Positions 37,843-47,822 of a stretch of 64,000 nucleotides of DNA are shown here, one piece after another. The notes beneath the pieces were generated by a model. It was given only the letters and a program-made list of their open reading frames with translations. It searched no databases and was not told where the DNA came from. Source of the stretch: a virus; the IMG/VR virus record IMGVR_UViG_3300028840_006907, positions 288,001-352,000 of that record; one strand, given 5' to 3'. The position numbers and the translations under genes were made by a program. Positions within the stretch are counted from its first letter, which is position 1, and every line of letters begins with the position of its first letter.

Positions 37843-38393
37843 TATTCATCCCCTTTAAAGATAGTATCTAAAAGTGAACCTTTATTATCCGATAATATGC
37901 AATTTTCGAAATAGGTTTTGAAAGATAAAGCATTTATTAATCGTTGAAAATCGACTCTTATTATTTTAAAGAAATAGTCATAAGCACAAGATGGGCATAT
38001 ATGATATATTTCAGGTTTTCCAGAGTTTTCTGAAACAATATCATATTTAATACATGTACTCTTAGCAGGGATATTACATCCTTTGATAGAACATTTTTGA
38101 GCCCATTCAATTATCTCTATGAATACTCTTCCTTTTTCACCATTATAGAAATTTGTGTAGAAAGGATTTATTTTCATATAAGTAATAGGGAATATATTAT
38201 ATACAGTAAGAACCGTATGGGGCTCTTTCATTGTTGCATCGATATCTTCTGAATTTCGTGAAATATATAATTCAGAGTCACATTGCATAATTTCTTTAGC
38301 CTTATTTTTATCACTAGTGGCTATTACTACTCTGTATGAGAAATTCAAAAGATTATCAAAATATTTATCAGTTGTAAATACTTCTAAATTCAT
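37842..38393 (-). CDS. hypothetical Cys-rich protein
   Basis: CSIKGCNIPAKSTC...ICPSCAY putative zinc site. Confidence 0.5.
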   Translation of the reverse strand: MNLEVFTTDKYFDNLLNFSYRVVIATSDKNKAKEIMQCDSELYISRNSEDIDATMKEPHTVLTVYNIFPITYMKINPFYTNFYNGEKGRVFIEIIEWAQKCSIKGCNIPAKSTCIKYDIVSENSGKPEIYHICPSCAYDYFFKIIRVDFQRLINALSFKTYFENCILSDNKGSLLDTIFKGDE

Positions 38394-38731
38394 TATAATC
38401 CTAATCTTTTAATAGTATGAGCTATATTTGGGAAATCCTCTTTTAATATATTAAATTGATTTTTACTATATGCTTTGATTTCGGTTGCTTCAGGAGCTAT
38501 CCAAATTTGAGCACCCCATATTTTTGCACAACATCCTTTTTCAAAACGTTCCTTATTTTTTTCAAAATCAAAAAAATTGTATACTTCTCTTGCGTAAAAC
38601 CAGTCTTGTGGGCCTATAATTATATGATCAACTTCTTCTTTAGCGCTTCGTATTTTTGAAAATATCTGTCCAAAATATCCGATTATATCTTCTTCATTCA
38701 TTTTTTTTAAAATTGACATGTCTACTCCCAT
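38393..38731 (-). CDS. hypothetical protein, tandem paralogue 1
   Basis: Shares the ...W(G/K)...EATE(I/V)K(A/V)Y...F...(K/M)KDFPN pattern with 38722-39081; start 38731 or 38719. Confidence 0.5.
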   Translation of the reverse strand: MGVDMSILKKMNEEDIIGYFGQIFSKIRSAKEEVDHIIIGPQDWFYAREVYNFFDFEKNKERFEKGCCAKIWGAQIWIAPEATEIKAYSKNQFNILKEDFPNIAHTIKRLGL

Positions 38732-39081
38732 CGTACTTTTTGTAATAATAGATTGTTAGGGAAGTCTTTTTTCATATCACTGAAATTTCCTTCGTGGTAA
38801 ACTTTGACTTCAGTTGCTTCTTCAATTAATAATACAGGGGTTTTCCATAGGAAACCCACTAGTCCATCTTGAGAGTGTTCATGTTTTTCGATAGAGTCGG
38901 TGTCTAAATATTCTCTGATACCTGATAAGGATGTGAGATAATCCCAATCAATTCGATTTATTATCATATAGCGTGGTTTTTTCTCTTGTCTGATAAAGAG
39001 CAAAGAGATGTGATTAATTACTTTATTCTTTTTAGTATTTTTATTACCGGTTTTTCCAGCGATTTCTTTTAAGCTTGGCAT
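38722..39081 (-). CDS. hypothetical protein, tandem paralogue 2
   Basis: See 38393-38731. Confidence 0.5.
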   Translation of the reverse strand: MPSLKEIAGKTGNKNTKKNKVINHISLLFIRQEKKPRYMIINRIDWDYLTSLSGIREYLDTDSIEKHEHSQDGLVGFLWKTPVLLIEEATEVKVYHEGNFSDMKKDFPNNLLLQKVRWE

Positions 39082-39084
39082 TTA

Positions 39085-39759
39085 CTATTCCCGGTAAAAA
39101 GGTGGAAAGGAAACCCAATCTTTCATTCCTTTTAGAACGAGTCCATCTACATCTACCTGCATTCCTCCTACTATTTGGATCATGGGTTTGAACTTTTCAC
39201 AAATTCTTTTTATAAATCGGAAATCATGTTCAGGTTCATGTCTCCAAGGTTCTTCGATGGCCCATTCTCTTTTTACTATATAACAAGGAGTACCTACGTG
39301 GCATATGATAGGAAACATATGAATATCAATTTCAGGAACAAGAACAATTGTCTCGGGATCTCCATCTTTATACATCCGGGATTGCTGACATGACATCTGT
39401 ACTATACCAATCATGTTGTCACGGCAATTTGAGATGAGTGTTTCGAGATAAGTATCTTTGTAACGATCATCATCATCACAAAATACTAGGTATTGTCCCC
39501 GAGAAATTTTTATACCGTGATTTCGTGGTTTCGTTCCTGGAGAGATATCCATATTACCGTAATCTTTTTCGATATTACAGAATTGTGTCCAGGGTCCAGC
39601 AGTTTTCATTAAGTTAATGACATCTACAGGAGGTGGTCCATCATATACTATTATATGTTCAAAATTTTTAAAAGTTTGGTTTTTGAAATCGTTAAGTAAA
39701 TTTGATAGTTCTCTTACACCGCGAGAAGCAGGGGTAATAACACTGATAGTTGGTCCCAT
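39085..39759 (-). CDS. GT2 family glycosyltransferase
   Basis: ISVITPASRGVRELSNLLNDFKNQTFKNFEHIIVYDG and VFCDDDD (DxD). Confidence 0.8.
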   Translation of the reverse strand: MGPTISVITPASRGVRELSNLLNDFKNQTFKNFEHIIVYDGPPPVDVINLMKTAGPWTQFCNIEKDYGNMDISPGTKPRNHGIKISRGQYLVFCDDDDRYKDTYLETLISNCRDNMIGIVQMSCQQSRMYKDGDPETIVLVPEIDIHMFPIICHVGTPCYIVKREWAIEEPWRHEPEHDFRFIKRICEKFKPMIQIVGGMQVDVDGLVLKGMKDWVSFPPFYRE

Positions 39760-40011
39760 TTTGTCTCCAAGCCAATTTTAAAAAAGATAAATAAAAATTA
39801 GGTCTCATCATAGTAAAAAATATTAAAAGAATATTAAAATACCCTTTACATGCCATATAAATACTTTTTTCTTTTAGAAGTCCTTATAGTCCAGTAGGTT
39901 ATATATCAATTTAATTATCTTTTAATACAAAATTCCTTTGTATAGATCTAAATTTTCTTTAAAATAGAGATATTAAATTCAAATCTAAATCAAATAGTGA
40001 AAGGATTCCTA
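39760..40011. promoter_or_regulatory. AT-rich divergent intergenic region (strand switch)
   Basis: 252-bp gene-free region between the minus block ending at 39759 and the plus block starting at 40012; no promoter elements confidently placed. Confidence 0.4.
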
Positions 40012-41475
40012 ATGGTAACAGAGTTTACAAAAGGCAAAAATCAAAAATTTGTAGCAACTATATCCTTCAGTCTTAATTGGGATGATAGAGATATTAAATC
40101 TATTAAGATAAAAGAGGGTCAGGAACTTTTCTATGATGGTGAAGTAGCTACTGTAGAAAATGGTGCTGGACAAGTAAAAGGTCGGTGTATGGGGTTAAAA
40201 TCAGCCATTAATGTTATGAATTGGTTGGTTCCTGTGGAAAATGGGGGGTCTTCAAAAACTCCTGAAGTACCAAAAATAGTTAGTGATAGTTTATTTGAGA
40301 ATGATGATTATAAACCAGGAATAGGTGGAAATCTTGACACTTATATCGAACGAACTAATGAAATTGGTGGGAAACGAGAAATTATCAAGGAAGAAGATTT
40401 GATTGTTAAAACTGTCTCACCTATTAATAAGAGAGAAGAGCAACCTAAGAAAGGAAAATTGGAAATAGCAGGAGATCAAGTTGAAGTCCCTAAAGACCGC
40501 CTTTTAGTAAGTAGTACCACTATAAGAACAAAGTCGAGTAAAAGAGATGTCACAATAACCAGAGCTGATGAAATGGGAGCTGATTCGGTACAACCTCTTA
40601 AAAAGGTTAAAGGAACAACTGCTAAAAAAGAAAAGAAAAAAAGTTTTACAGTTGATGATACTACTCCAAGACAAATTCATGAAGATATGAAATTGGATGA
40701 GATCCATCGTATCACTAAAGTTGTAAATGCTGATGAGTCTCAAGATGCTAAAGTTGTAAAGAAAATCGATAGATCTAAAGTAGAAGTCAAAGAAATTGAG
40801 GGAGTTACATTAAAGAGAACCGATTCTCCAAAAGATGTTAAGTTTAATAAAACAACTTCTCCTACTGAAGTTTCTATAAAAACTACTGTTGGTTCTGGAA
40901 GTAATTATTCCGCAGGAGATCAAGGTGGTGTGGTTGTAGGTAGATCTAAAGTTGCTAAAACTGGAGTTGAGAAAAAAGGTCAAGATTTAATTGATGATAT
41001 TTTTGAGGAAGCTCCAGTAATTACTGAAGAGGAAAAACAAAAACAAGCTAAAAAATTAGCTGAGAGAACAAAAAAAGCCCAAGAACGAGCGGCCAGCAGG
41101 AAAAAAAGTTCTAAAGAAACACAGAAAATGATGGAAAAGGAGAAAGAAGTTCAGAATGTAGAAGTTGAAATCCCTGCTGATAAGGCACCTGATCTTATTG
41201 AAGAAGTAAAAGCAGATGATTTAACAAAAATTACATCAGTGGAAATAGATGGTGATTTAACTGAAATAACTTCTGTAAAAGAAGATACTGTTGATTATCT
41301 ATTAATGTTGCCCGATAATTGGAACAAACTACATTGGGTAAAGAAGGAAAAATTTATAAAAGAAGTAACAGATGCTTCCTTTATAAGGTTTATTCTTTCT
41401 ATGGAAATAACCAAAGCAGTCAGAAATGCTTGTTTAGAAAGGTTAGAAGAACTTGGACAGAAAGAGTCAGGCTAA
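40012..41475 (+). CDS. Lys/Glu-rich hypothetical protein
   Basis: ATG 40012 (track GTG 39997); long charged low-complexity middle, e.g. KQKQAKKLAERTKKAQERAASRKK. Confidence 0.5.
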   Translation: MVTEFTKGKNQKFVATISFSLNWDDRDIKSIKIKEGQELFYDGEVATVENGAGQVKGRCMGLKSAINVMNWLVPVENGGSSKTPEVPKIVSDSLFENDDYKPGIGGNLDTYIERTNEIGGKREIIKEEDLIVKTVSPINKREEQPKKGKLEIAGDQVEVPKDRLLVSSTTIRTKSSKRDVTITRADEMGADSVQPLKKVKGTTAKKEKKKSFTVDDTTPRQIHEDMKLDEIHRITKVVNADESQDAKVVKKIDRSKVEVKEIEGVTLKRTDSPKDVKFNKTTSPTEVSIKTTVGSGSNYSAGDQGGVVVGRSKVAKTGVEKKGQDLIDDIFEEAPVITEEEKQKQAKKLAERTKKAQERAASRKKSSKETQKMMEKEKEVQNVEVEIPADKAPDLIEEVKADDLTKITSVEIDGDLTEITSVKEDTVDYLLMLPDNWNKLHWVKKEKFIKEVTDASFIRFILSMEITKAVRNACLERLEELGQKESG

Positions 41476-43231
41476 ACGAATACTTGCGAATGTTGTCGAT
41501 TTTGATATGCATAACCTTTTTCCTCCACGAACCTTTATGGAGAATCTGGAAGATGCATCATCAGGAGAGTTTACATCTCAGCCTCAAAAAACTCTTAGGG
41601 AACGCCCTTATGGTACTCAACCATTAATGGTAACCCCTAAGTATGAGGGTGATTTCCTGAAAAAGTTACGGAAACCCGAACTAGAAGGCAAACCTGTAAT
41701 GCCTTTGGAAAATGTCGTGAATGTTTATGCTGCAAATCCAAATAATTTATGGGATTTCAGTATGCCTTCTGAATGGTTAAAACATCAGGAACGGCCTTTT
41801 CCCCGTAACCTCGTGGATCTCTATTATGAAACAAATAGGCCAGGTGAGGGTGTTGGAGAAAAAACTCTTGATGAATACCATGATCGGGGTTGGGATGCAG
41901 ATGATGCTCCTGAAATGTCAGAAGACAAACCTATTCGTAGAGGACCTTTTCCTGGGAAACCTTTAAAAGTTCCTTTTCATTCGGCATCAAAAAGAGTGGT
42001 GGCGTCATATTTATCTGAGTTTACGGAAAAAGATGAATGTTGTGGACCGAATGTAGGGATAGTTGTAGCATCATATTTAATGAATTGTGTTCCTTCTGAA
42101 TTTATTGTTAATTTTGAAAATATTAAAACCGCTATGTTATTAGAGGGGTTAGAAGAAAGTCGGATTGATAGTAAAACAAAAGGACTTCATAAATTAGAGA
42201 CTGGGGATGTGGTTGTAAGACCTTATAGAAATAGCCCTAAACAGGGTAAATGGATTTTTAAAACATTCTCAGGTCCAAGACCACCTGCAGCAATAGAGTG
42301 GCCTTATACTACAACTTTTGAGTTTATACCACATGGAAGAGAAAAACGAGTAAATAAACTTCATGTAAGAACGAGTTGCACTTGTCCTTCCTGGCTTTTT
42401 TGGGGTGCTCAATATAATGCTACTATGCAGGATTATAGGTATGGTCCTATAAGACCTAAGTTTGCTCCTCCTGACAAAAGAGATAAAAGGCGTAAGTTTT
42501 TAGCCTGTAAACATATCATAGCTTGTATTCCATATTTAGTTGGAACAGGACAACGTGGTAAATTTACCGATGAAGGTTTTTCTCTTCATATGATTGATGT
42601 TCCTGTAGAAAAGAGAAAACGGATCATAAAAGCTCCTAAATTTCAAATAATGAAAAAGGCTCCGATAGAAGAGTTAAGAATACCCCAGGAATTAATGAAA
42701 GCAGGTAAGAAGCCTGAAGTAAGATCTATTGTTTCTGAGTGGAAAACTGCTACTCCGCGTTTAAGAAAATCCATGTTGAAAAAGTTGGATGATGTTCAGG
42801 ATGTCTCTTACATAGCTCATAGGTTTCCTGAATCAGCTACTCATTTAGTTGCTGAGAGATTGAAGGAAATTGGTGATAAGACAAAACAGATGGATGTCAA
42901 GAAAGATGCGGTGGAGGAAATAAAAGTAATAGAGAAGATTGAGGATAAAGTTGAAAAAGCTCTTCCAGAAGTTCCGGCTGAATTGAGTCATTTTGAAGAT
43001 GATGAGAAGATCCAAAATTTATTAAAGGACATTAAAGAAACTCCTGGTTGGGAAAGAAAAAGTACACTTTTGAAGGAACAGGATGATGCTGATGCTCTTG
43101 CATATATGGCAATAGCTTTATATCGAGAGGATTTTGATGAAAGTGTTAATATTATCCTTGAAAAATTAAGTGATATGGTTAAGGAAAAGGGTGATCCAAA
43201 AGCCAAGAAATGGTCGGAGTATATTTATTAA
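41453..43231 (+). CDS. SWIM zinc-finger-containing protein
   Basis: SCTCPSW ... FLACKHIIAC fits the CxC-x(n)-CxH SWIM pattern. Confidence 0.6.
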   Translation: MDRKSQAKRILANVVDFDMHNLFPPRTFMENLEDASSGEFTSQPQKTLRERPYGTQPLMVTPKYEGDFLKKLRKPELEGKPVMPLENVVNVYAANPNNLWDFSMPSEWLKHQERPFPRNLVDLYYETNRPGEGVGEKTLDEYHDRGWDADDAPEMSEDKPIRRGPFPGKPLKVPFHSASKRVVASYLSEFTEKDECCGPNVGIVVASYLMNCVPSEFIVNFENIKTAMLLEGLEESRIDSKTKGLHKLETGDVVVRPYRNSPKQGKWIFKTFSGPRPPAAIEWPYTTTFEFIPHGREKRVNKLHVRTSCTCPSWLFWGAQYNATMQDYRYGPIRPKFAPPDKRDKRRKFLACKHIIACIPYLVGTGQRGKFTDEGFSLHMIDVPVEKRKRIIKAPKFQIMKKAPIEELRIPQELMKAGKKPEVRSIVSEWKTATPRLRKSMLKKLDDVQDVSYIAHRFPESATHLVAERLKEIGDKTKQMDVKKDAVEEIKVIEKIEDKVEKALPEVPAELSHFEDDEKIQNLLKDIKETPGWERKSTLLKEQDDADALAYMAIALYREDFDESVNIILEKLSDMVKEKGDPKAKKWSEYIY

Positions 43232-43578
43232 TGAAAATCGTTCCAGACATAATTTATTCAAAATGTAAAACTAGCTTGTATTGTAAAGGAGGAGAGACTC
43301 TAAATGATTCTTTGAATTACGGTTTCGCCTATATAGAACAACAGGATCATATCGTTGAATACATTGTGGCAAACAATCGTGTGATGAAAAGGATTTTGGG
43401 AGAAATCGGTGATTCAAAATTGAAACCTGAAAAACAATTTATTGGAGAACTCTGGACAGCAAAATTATTATTGTCGAATAAATTGCATGATTCACAAATA
43501 CTTTTTTCTAACAGTGTTTTTTCAATAGTTATAAATCTAAATCTAAATCCAAAGGAAGTTGACAATGCCTACATATGA
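43231..43578 (+). CDS. hypothetical protein
   Basis: ATG 43231 overlaps upstream stop (TAATG). Confidence 0.45.
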   Translation: MKIVPDIIYSKCKTSLYCKGGETLNDSLNYGFAYIEQQDHIVEYIVANNRVMKRILGEIGDSKLKPEKQFIGELWTAKLLLSNKLHDSQILFSNSVFSIVINLNLNPKEVDNAYI

Positions 43579-43954
43579 CTATTCCTGTTCTTCTTGTAAG
43601 GTAGTAGAAGAGCATATACACCCAATAAATGATGAACCAAAATATAAATGCCCTAAATGCGGTAAAGTAATGAAAAAAATAATTTCAGGTAGTTTCGGAG
43701 GATTTATAATGAAGGGTGGAACACCTGCTATTCATTATAGAGAGAAACAGCAACGCTTAAAAAATAGTGAAAAAATGGAGAAAAAACAGAGGCAAACATG
43801 GGGAGACTCTGGGCCTAAGATAGCCCCCAATATAGCGGGTGTGAGAACTGATTCTTGGTCAGATGCTCAGAAGATGGCTAAAGAGGCAGGAATGAATCAT
43901 GAGAGTTATACACCATATGTAGAGAAGGAAAAGAAGAAAAAAATCATCATTTAA
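43565..43954 (+). CDS. FmdB-family zinc-ribbon protein
   Basis: MPTYDYSCSSCKVVEEH...YKCPKCG is the characteristic CxxC_CxxC N-terminus; RBS aaggaag. Confidence 0.7.
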   Translation: MPTYDYSCSSCKVVEEHIHPINDEPKYKCPKCGKVMKKIISGSFGGFIMKGGTPAIHYREKQQRLKNSEKMEKKQRQTWGDSGPKIAPNIAGVRTDSWSDAQKMAKEAGMNHESYTPYVEKEKKKKIII

Positions 43955-44005
43955 GTCTTAATAATCTTTTGATATCGGTTTTATATTAAAATAAGGAATT
44001 TATCT

Positions 44006-44647
44006 ATGAATAGTTTTATTGAACCTCTTTATAAAGCAGTCGATTTGATCAAATTTGGTTGGAGTCGAGAAGCTGGTGCAGTCTCATATAATATGTATGT
44101 AGGACAGACTTCAGGGTCTTTATCACAACTTTACACAGATATACCTGATGTAGCAAGCAAACAACCCGTTGGACTAGGGAAAGTTATCCGTGATGCAACG
44201 ATAGAAGATGTAAGATCGACTTTAAGTCTAGCAAGTACAGTTAATTTTGGTAATAGGACGTTGTATTTTGCCATCACTTATGTAGACTCAGTAGGAGCAG
44301 AAAGTGCCCTAGCTGATTCCAGAATAGTAGAAGTACCCCCAGTTGGCATAACTCCAAAAACTATGAAAGATGATCCAACAATCAGAAGACAGGGATTTGT
44401 CTATAGTGAGGATTTATTAAAATGGGTAAAAATGGCTGGTTCCGCAAGTGGTGCTTTAATTACAAGTGAATCGAGTTTTTATTCAGATAATATTACAACT
44501 GAATATACTTATGACGGAACAAATCTATCGACTGAGAAGTCTTATTTAAGTGATGCCACGACTGCAGGGTCACCGGCAAAATTAAAGACATATACTTATT
44601 CTGGGAGTGATTTAATTAAGGTTGTAGTAACGGACAGCACCGTTTAA
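44006..44647 (+). CDS. hypothetical protein (possible virion protein)
   Basis: 213-aa Ser/Thr-rich beta-type composition; FGWSREAGAVSYNMYVG hints at an FN3/Ig-like fold; not verifiable here. Confidence 0.5.
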   Translation: MNSFIEPLYKAVDLIKFGWSREAGAVSYNMYVGQTSGSLSQLYTDIPDVASKQPVGLGKVIRDATIEDVRSTLSLASTVNFGNRTLYFAITYVDSVGAESALADSRIVEVPPVGITPKTMKDDPTIRRQGFVYSEDLLKWVKMAGSASGALITSESSFYSDNITTEYTYDGTNLSTEKSYLSDATTAGSPAKLKTYTYSGSDLIKVVVTDSTV

Positions 44648-44723
44648 TAATCTATTGATACGGAAAAAATAGTATATCTCAGGATTATAATGACAATTTA
44701 TTAATAGCTAAGGAGGAAATACC

Positions 44724-44990
44724 ATGGCAATTCCTACAGTAATAGTCAACTATGATGGTACTGATTACGGCAGAGTTTATCTAGGTGATGTTGGTCGAAG
44801 ACATCAGCTCGGAGGTGCGAAGGGCCTTTATTCTTTAGGTCAAGATCGTTATCTCAGTAGTGGTCAAGATGCAACATTTATCGCTACAAGTGATGTAATC
44901 ATGAGTGCCACATATGCCGGAGCAGATAGAACCGGTCAGATTAAGAACATGGAAGACAGGGGTGCCTTTACAGTTACTGACACCTTTTAA
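44724..44990 (+). CDS. small, probably highly expressed protein
   Basis: Strong RBS aaggagg; followed by a strong intrinsic terminator. Confidence 0.55.
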   Translation: MAIPTVIVNYDGTDYGRVYLGDVGRRHQLGGAKGLYSLGQDRYLSSGQDATFIATSDVIMSATYAGADRTGQIKNMEDRGAFTVTDTF

Positions 44991-45031
44991 ACGGTCATAA
45001 AGATGTAATGTATTAGAAATCAGCCCTTAAG

Positions 45032-45067
45032 AAGGCCACCGTTATTTTTAAGGGTGGCCTTTTTTTA
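45032..45067 (+). terminator. rho-independent terminator
   Basis: AAGGCCACC (45032-45040) pairs with GGTGGCCTT (45053-45061); followed by a T-run. Confidence 0.75.
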
Positions 45068-45113
45068 TAAGATATTAGATAACAGATTTAAATATTAGAT
45101 AAGAGAGTTTTTT

Positions 45114-45410
45114 ATGGACGAAAATGAAATTATTACTGATGACAGTTTTGATGCTTCATCTGGCTATCAAACATGTGATTTATATTTGGCAGCTTTTTTT
45201 CTTTCTGCTGGATGTGAAATGATGAAATCAGTACGGAATAAGAGAACAAAAAGAGTTTATTTTCTTTTTGAAAAGAATCCAACACTGAAAGATTTAAAAT
45301 TAGATTACTTTAGCCGTAAAGCTAAAATTGATGCTTTAACATTTGCTGATAATGTGAAATCTCTTAAAAGTCTATGCCATAATATATCGACTATGAGGGA
45401 TATGAGTTAA
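45114..45410 (+). CDS. hypothetical protein
   Basis: 98-aa ORF. Confidence 0.5.
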   Translation: MDENEIITDDSFDASSGYQTCDLYLAAFFLSAGCEMMKSVRNKRTKRVYFLFEKNPTLKDLKLDYFSRKAKIDALTFADNVKSLKSLCHNISTMRDMS

Positions 45411-45428
45411 ATCTAAAAGGGGGCATAA

Positions 45429-45599
45429 ATGGCTACCACTATTGTAAATCAAGAAAGAGAAAAGGTGATTTCTCCTACTCTAGGAGATAAAATGTCTTCA
45501 TCAGAGCCTAGTGTTTATTATGTTACACATAAATGGGTTCTTGATTCTACGAGCAATGTGCCTGTTGGTACTCAAGTCGAAATAAGTTTTCCTTCTTAA
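45429..45599 (+). CDS. 56-aa hypothetical protein (below ORF-track cutoff)
   Basis: RBS aaggggg 5 nt upstream; my translation MATTIVNQEREKVISPTLGDK...VEISFPS. Confidence 0.4.
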   Translation: MATTIVNQEREKVISPTLGDKMSSSEPSVYYVTHKWVLDSTSNVPVGTQVEISFPS

Positions 45600-45613
45600 A
45601 AGGTTTATAATAT

Positions 45614-46051
45614 ATGTTGCTAAATGATTTTGTTCGAGTTGTCAATGCAGCGAAAAAATTCAAAATAAAAGATAAATTTGAATTTATTTCGTTTGATGAT
45701 ATTACTCATGAAACAGGTGGATTGAAAGATGATCCCGAAAGTATTGAAATTTGGGCTGCTGTAAAAATCTTTTATGAAGGCGAACTCCCCGATAGTTATA
45801 AAGCACTCAATCTTATTATCGGGGATTGGGTAGAAAAGAATAAAAGTGAATTAACAAAAGTCCTTCATTCTGAATTGAAATATCACTTTAAAGAAAAATA
45901 TAAAGACAGTGATTCGGAAGAACTGGATAAACTTGATGATTCAGCTATATGGGCGGATCAACTAGATTATATGCCTGCTACAGTTGAAGGTGAAAAAGCA
46001 TTAATGATTGAAATTGAACTTGTTCTTCACGCTGAACCTATCGAGGAATAA
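45614..46051 (+). CDS. hypothetical acidic protein
   Basis: 145-aa ORF. Confidence 0.5.
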   Translation: MLLNDFVRVVNAAKKFKIKDKFEFISFDDITHETGGLKDDPESIEIWAAVKIFYEGELPDSYKALNLIIGDWVEKNKSELTKVLHSELKYHFKEKYKDSDSEELDKLDDSAIWADQLDYMPATVEGEKALMIEIELVLHAEPIEE

Positions 46052-46053
46052 TT

Positions 46054-46431
46054 ATGAGGAAATCTAATGAATCTACTGATAGAGCATGTAATGCTGTTGT
46101 TGACTATATAGATGAAGGATCATTATACTCTGCCGGTAGATTGGTTATTTATCGGCAAGATTCTAGTGTCATGTCAATTCATAGCCTTTCTGATCCAGCA
46201 TGTATAGACTCAACTGATGGGACCGCAGTATTTAATACTATCTATGATGCTACAGCTATGCTAGACGGTACAGCAACAACATTCGATGTATTAAATAAAG
46301 ATGCAAGTAATGTCTTTGATGGAAGCGTATCCTTAACAAATGGCTCAGGTGATCTGAAATTACCTGCTACAACCATATATCAGGATTCCACCATTAATAT
46401 CTCATATGCCTTTTACTCTGTCCCACGGTAA
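46054..46431 (+). CDS. hypothetical protein
   Basis: 125-aa ORF, tight spacing in operon. Confidence 0.5.
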   Translation: MRKSNESTDRACNAVVDYIDEGSLYSAGRLVIYRQDSSVMSIHSLSDPACIDSTDGTAVFNTIYDATAMLDGTATTFDVLNKDASNVFDGSVSLTNGSGDLKLPATTIYQDSTINISYAFYSVPR

Positions 46432-46437
46432 GGTCCT

Positions 46438-47013
46438 ATGGATATTTATGACGGAAAACTATCCCTTGTTGATAGTACCCATATTAGTGAATTTATAGGG
46501 AGTATTACTCTTACTAGTTCTCTTCGACTTGTTGATACCACTCATACCGTTTCCCTTACTGGGTATGTCTTAAATGACTCAACTTATCTCCCTGGTGATG
46601 CTACCTTTGCTCAAGGCAGTGAGCTAACTTCTGCTGATATGACGGTTGTCTTTGCTGACTGGACATATGCTCACGGTGTTCCGAATATTGATGGTACCCT
46701 TGTAGATGGGACTTTAGGTTATAGATGGTTTGATCCATATAGAATTCATTACAGTATTTATTATATGGATTATGATACCTCTGATTTTAATCTTATCGGA
46801 TATAGGTATCGAGAACCAGGTCGTCAAAATGTAGGTTTATATTTTGCCCCTATGATAGTAGGGCAACCTGGTCATTACGAAAATAGATGGGTATATCAAA
46901 GAGAAGTATTGGGCTATTCTCAAGAAATAAGACAAAAATTTACTTCTATGTCCAGTGGCCTGGACGCTATGAGAGATTACCCAGTGGATTCCACTAGTGG
47001 TGACAGTACGTAA
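46438..47013 (+). CDS. hypothetical protein
   Basis: 191-aa ORF. Confidence 0.5.
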   Translation: MDIYDGKLSLVDSTHISEFIGSITLTSSLRLVDTTHTVSLTGYVLNDSTYLPGDATFAQGSELTSADMTVVFADWTYAHGVPNIDGTLVDGTLGYRWFDPYRIHYSIYYMDYDTSDFNLIGYRYREPGRQNVGLYFAPMIVGQPGHYENRWVYQREVLGYSQEIRQKFTSMSSGLDAMRDYPVDSTSGDST

Positions 47014-47027
47014 ATGGAGGATTTAAA

Positions 47028-47807
47028 ATGAAAATATCGAATTTAACTTTAGAACTTGATAAAATAGCGGATGAAATCCAGGTCCAGGATCCTACTATAG
47101 CCCTTGCTATTGATAAAATATCTGATGCTTTGGAGAATCCTAAAAAGAAAATCGATCCTTCAACTTTAACAGATGAACAAATTAAAAAGATGAAAGTTCA
47201 TCTTAGAGTCAGAACTGCTCGATATGTTATTAGTAGTGAAACTTTGCATATGTTAAAGGAAGCAGGTCTTAAGGAAGATTTTGATAAAATATTCAGTAAA
47301 GGTAAAGCCACATGGTTTAATTTATGGAATAAAATTAAAGATAAAACTCTTATGGCTGAAATAAAAGCTTTAAATTCTGTCCATGCTATCAAAGAATTCC
47401 TTAAAAAAAATCCTGCAATGAAATGGACTGTATTAAGTGCTATTGCCTTAGGTCTCATATCTTTGCCTTTGGCAGCGAATGTCGATATCATATCTCCAAG
47501 TAATTTAATTGATCTTGTCACTAGTATCGATATTGATATAGTGATGGATCCATCTGGATTCCCTTCTCTTGAAATCACTATTGATGATTCATGGATACAG
47601 GAAGTAGCTCAAGAAAGTATGATGGATGCAAAATCTAAAGAGCAGTTAAAATCCAATCTTAAAGATAGTCTTATGGAGATTTTAACTGAAAAGTATGAAA
47701 GAAGTCCTTTGAAAAAAGTTATTAAAAAAGAACAGATAATTCCACATCTCCAACGAATTATTAAAGAGCAATTATGGCCAAAAATTTTAAAATATTTAGT
47801 TATATAA
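47028..47807 (+). CDS. hypothetical protein with one hydrophobic segment
   Basis: RBS ggagg; WTVLSAIALGLISLPLAA hydrophobic stretch. Confidence 0.5.
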   Translation: MKISNLTLELDKIADEIQVQDPTIALAIDKISDALENPKKKIDPSTLTDEQIKKMKVHLRVRTARYVISSETLHMLKEAGLKEDFDKIFSKGKATWFNLWNKIKDKTLMAEIKALNSVHAIKEFLKKNPAMKWTVLSAIALGLISLPLAANVDIISPSNLIDLVTSIDIDIVMDPSGFPSLEITIDDSWIQEVAQESMMDAKSKEQLKSNLKDSLMEILTEKYERSPLKKVIKKEQIIPHLQRIIKEQLWPKILKYLVI

Positions 47808-47822
47808 TAAAGGAGATATAAG

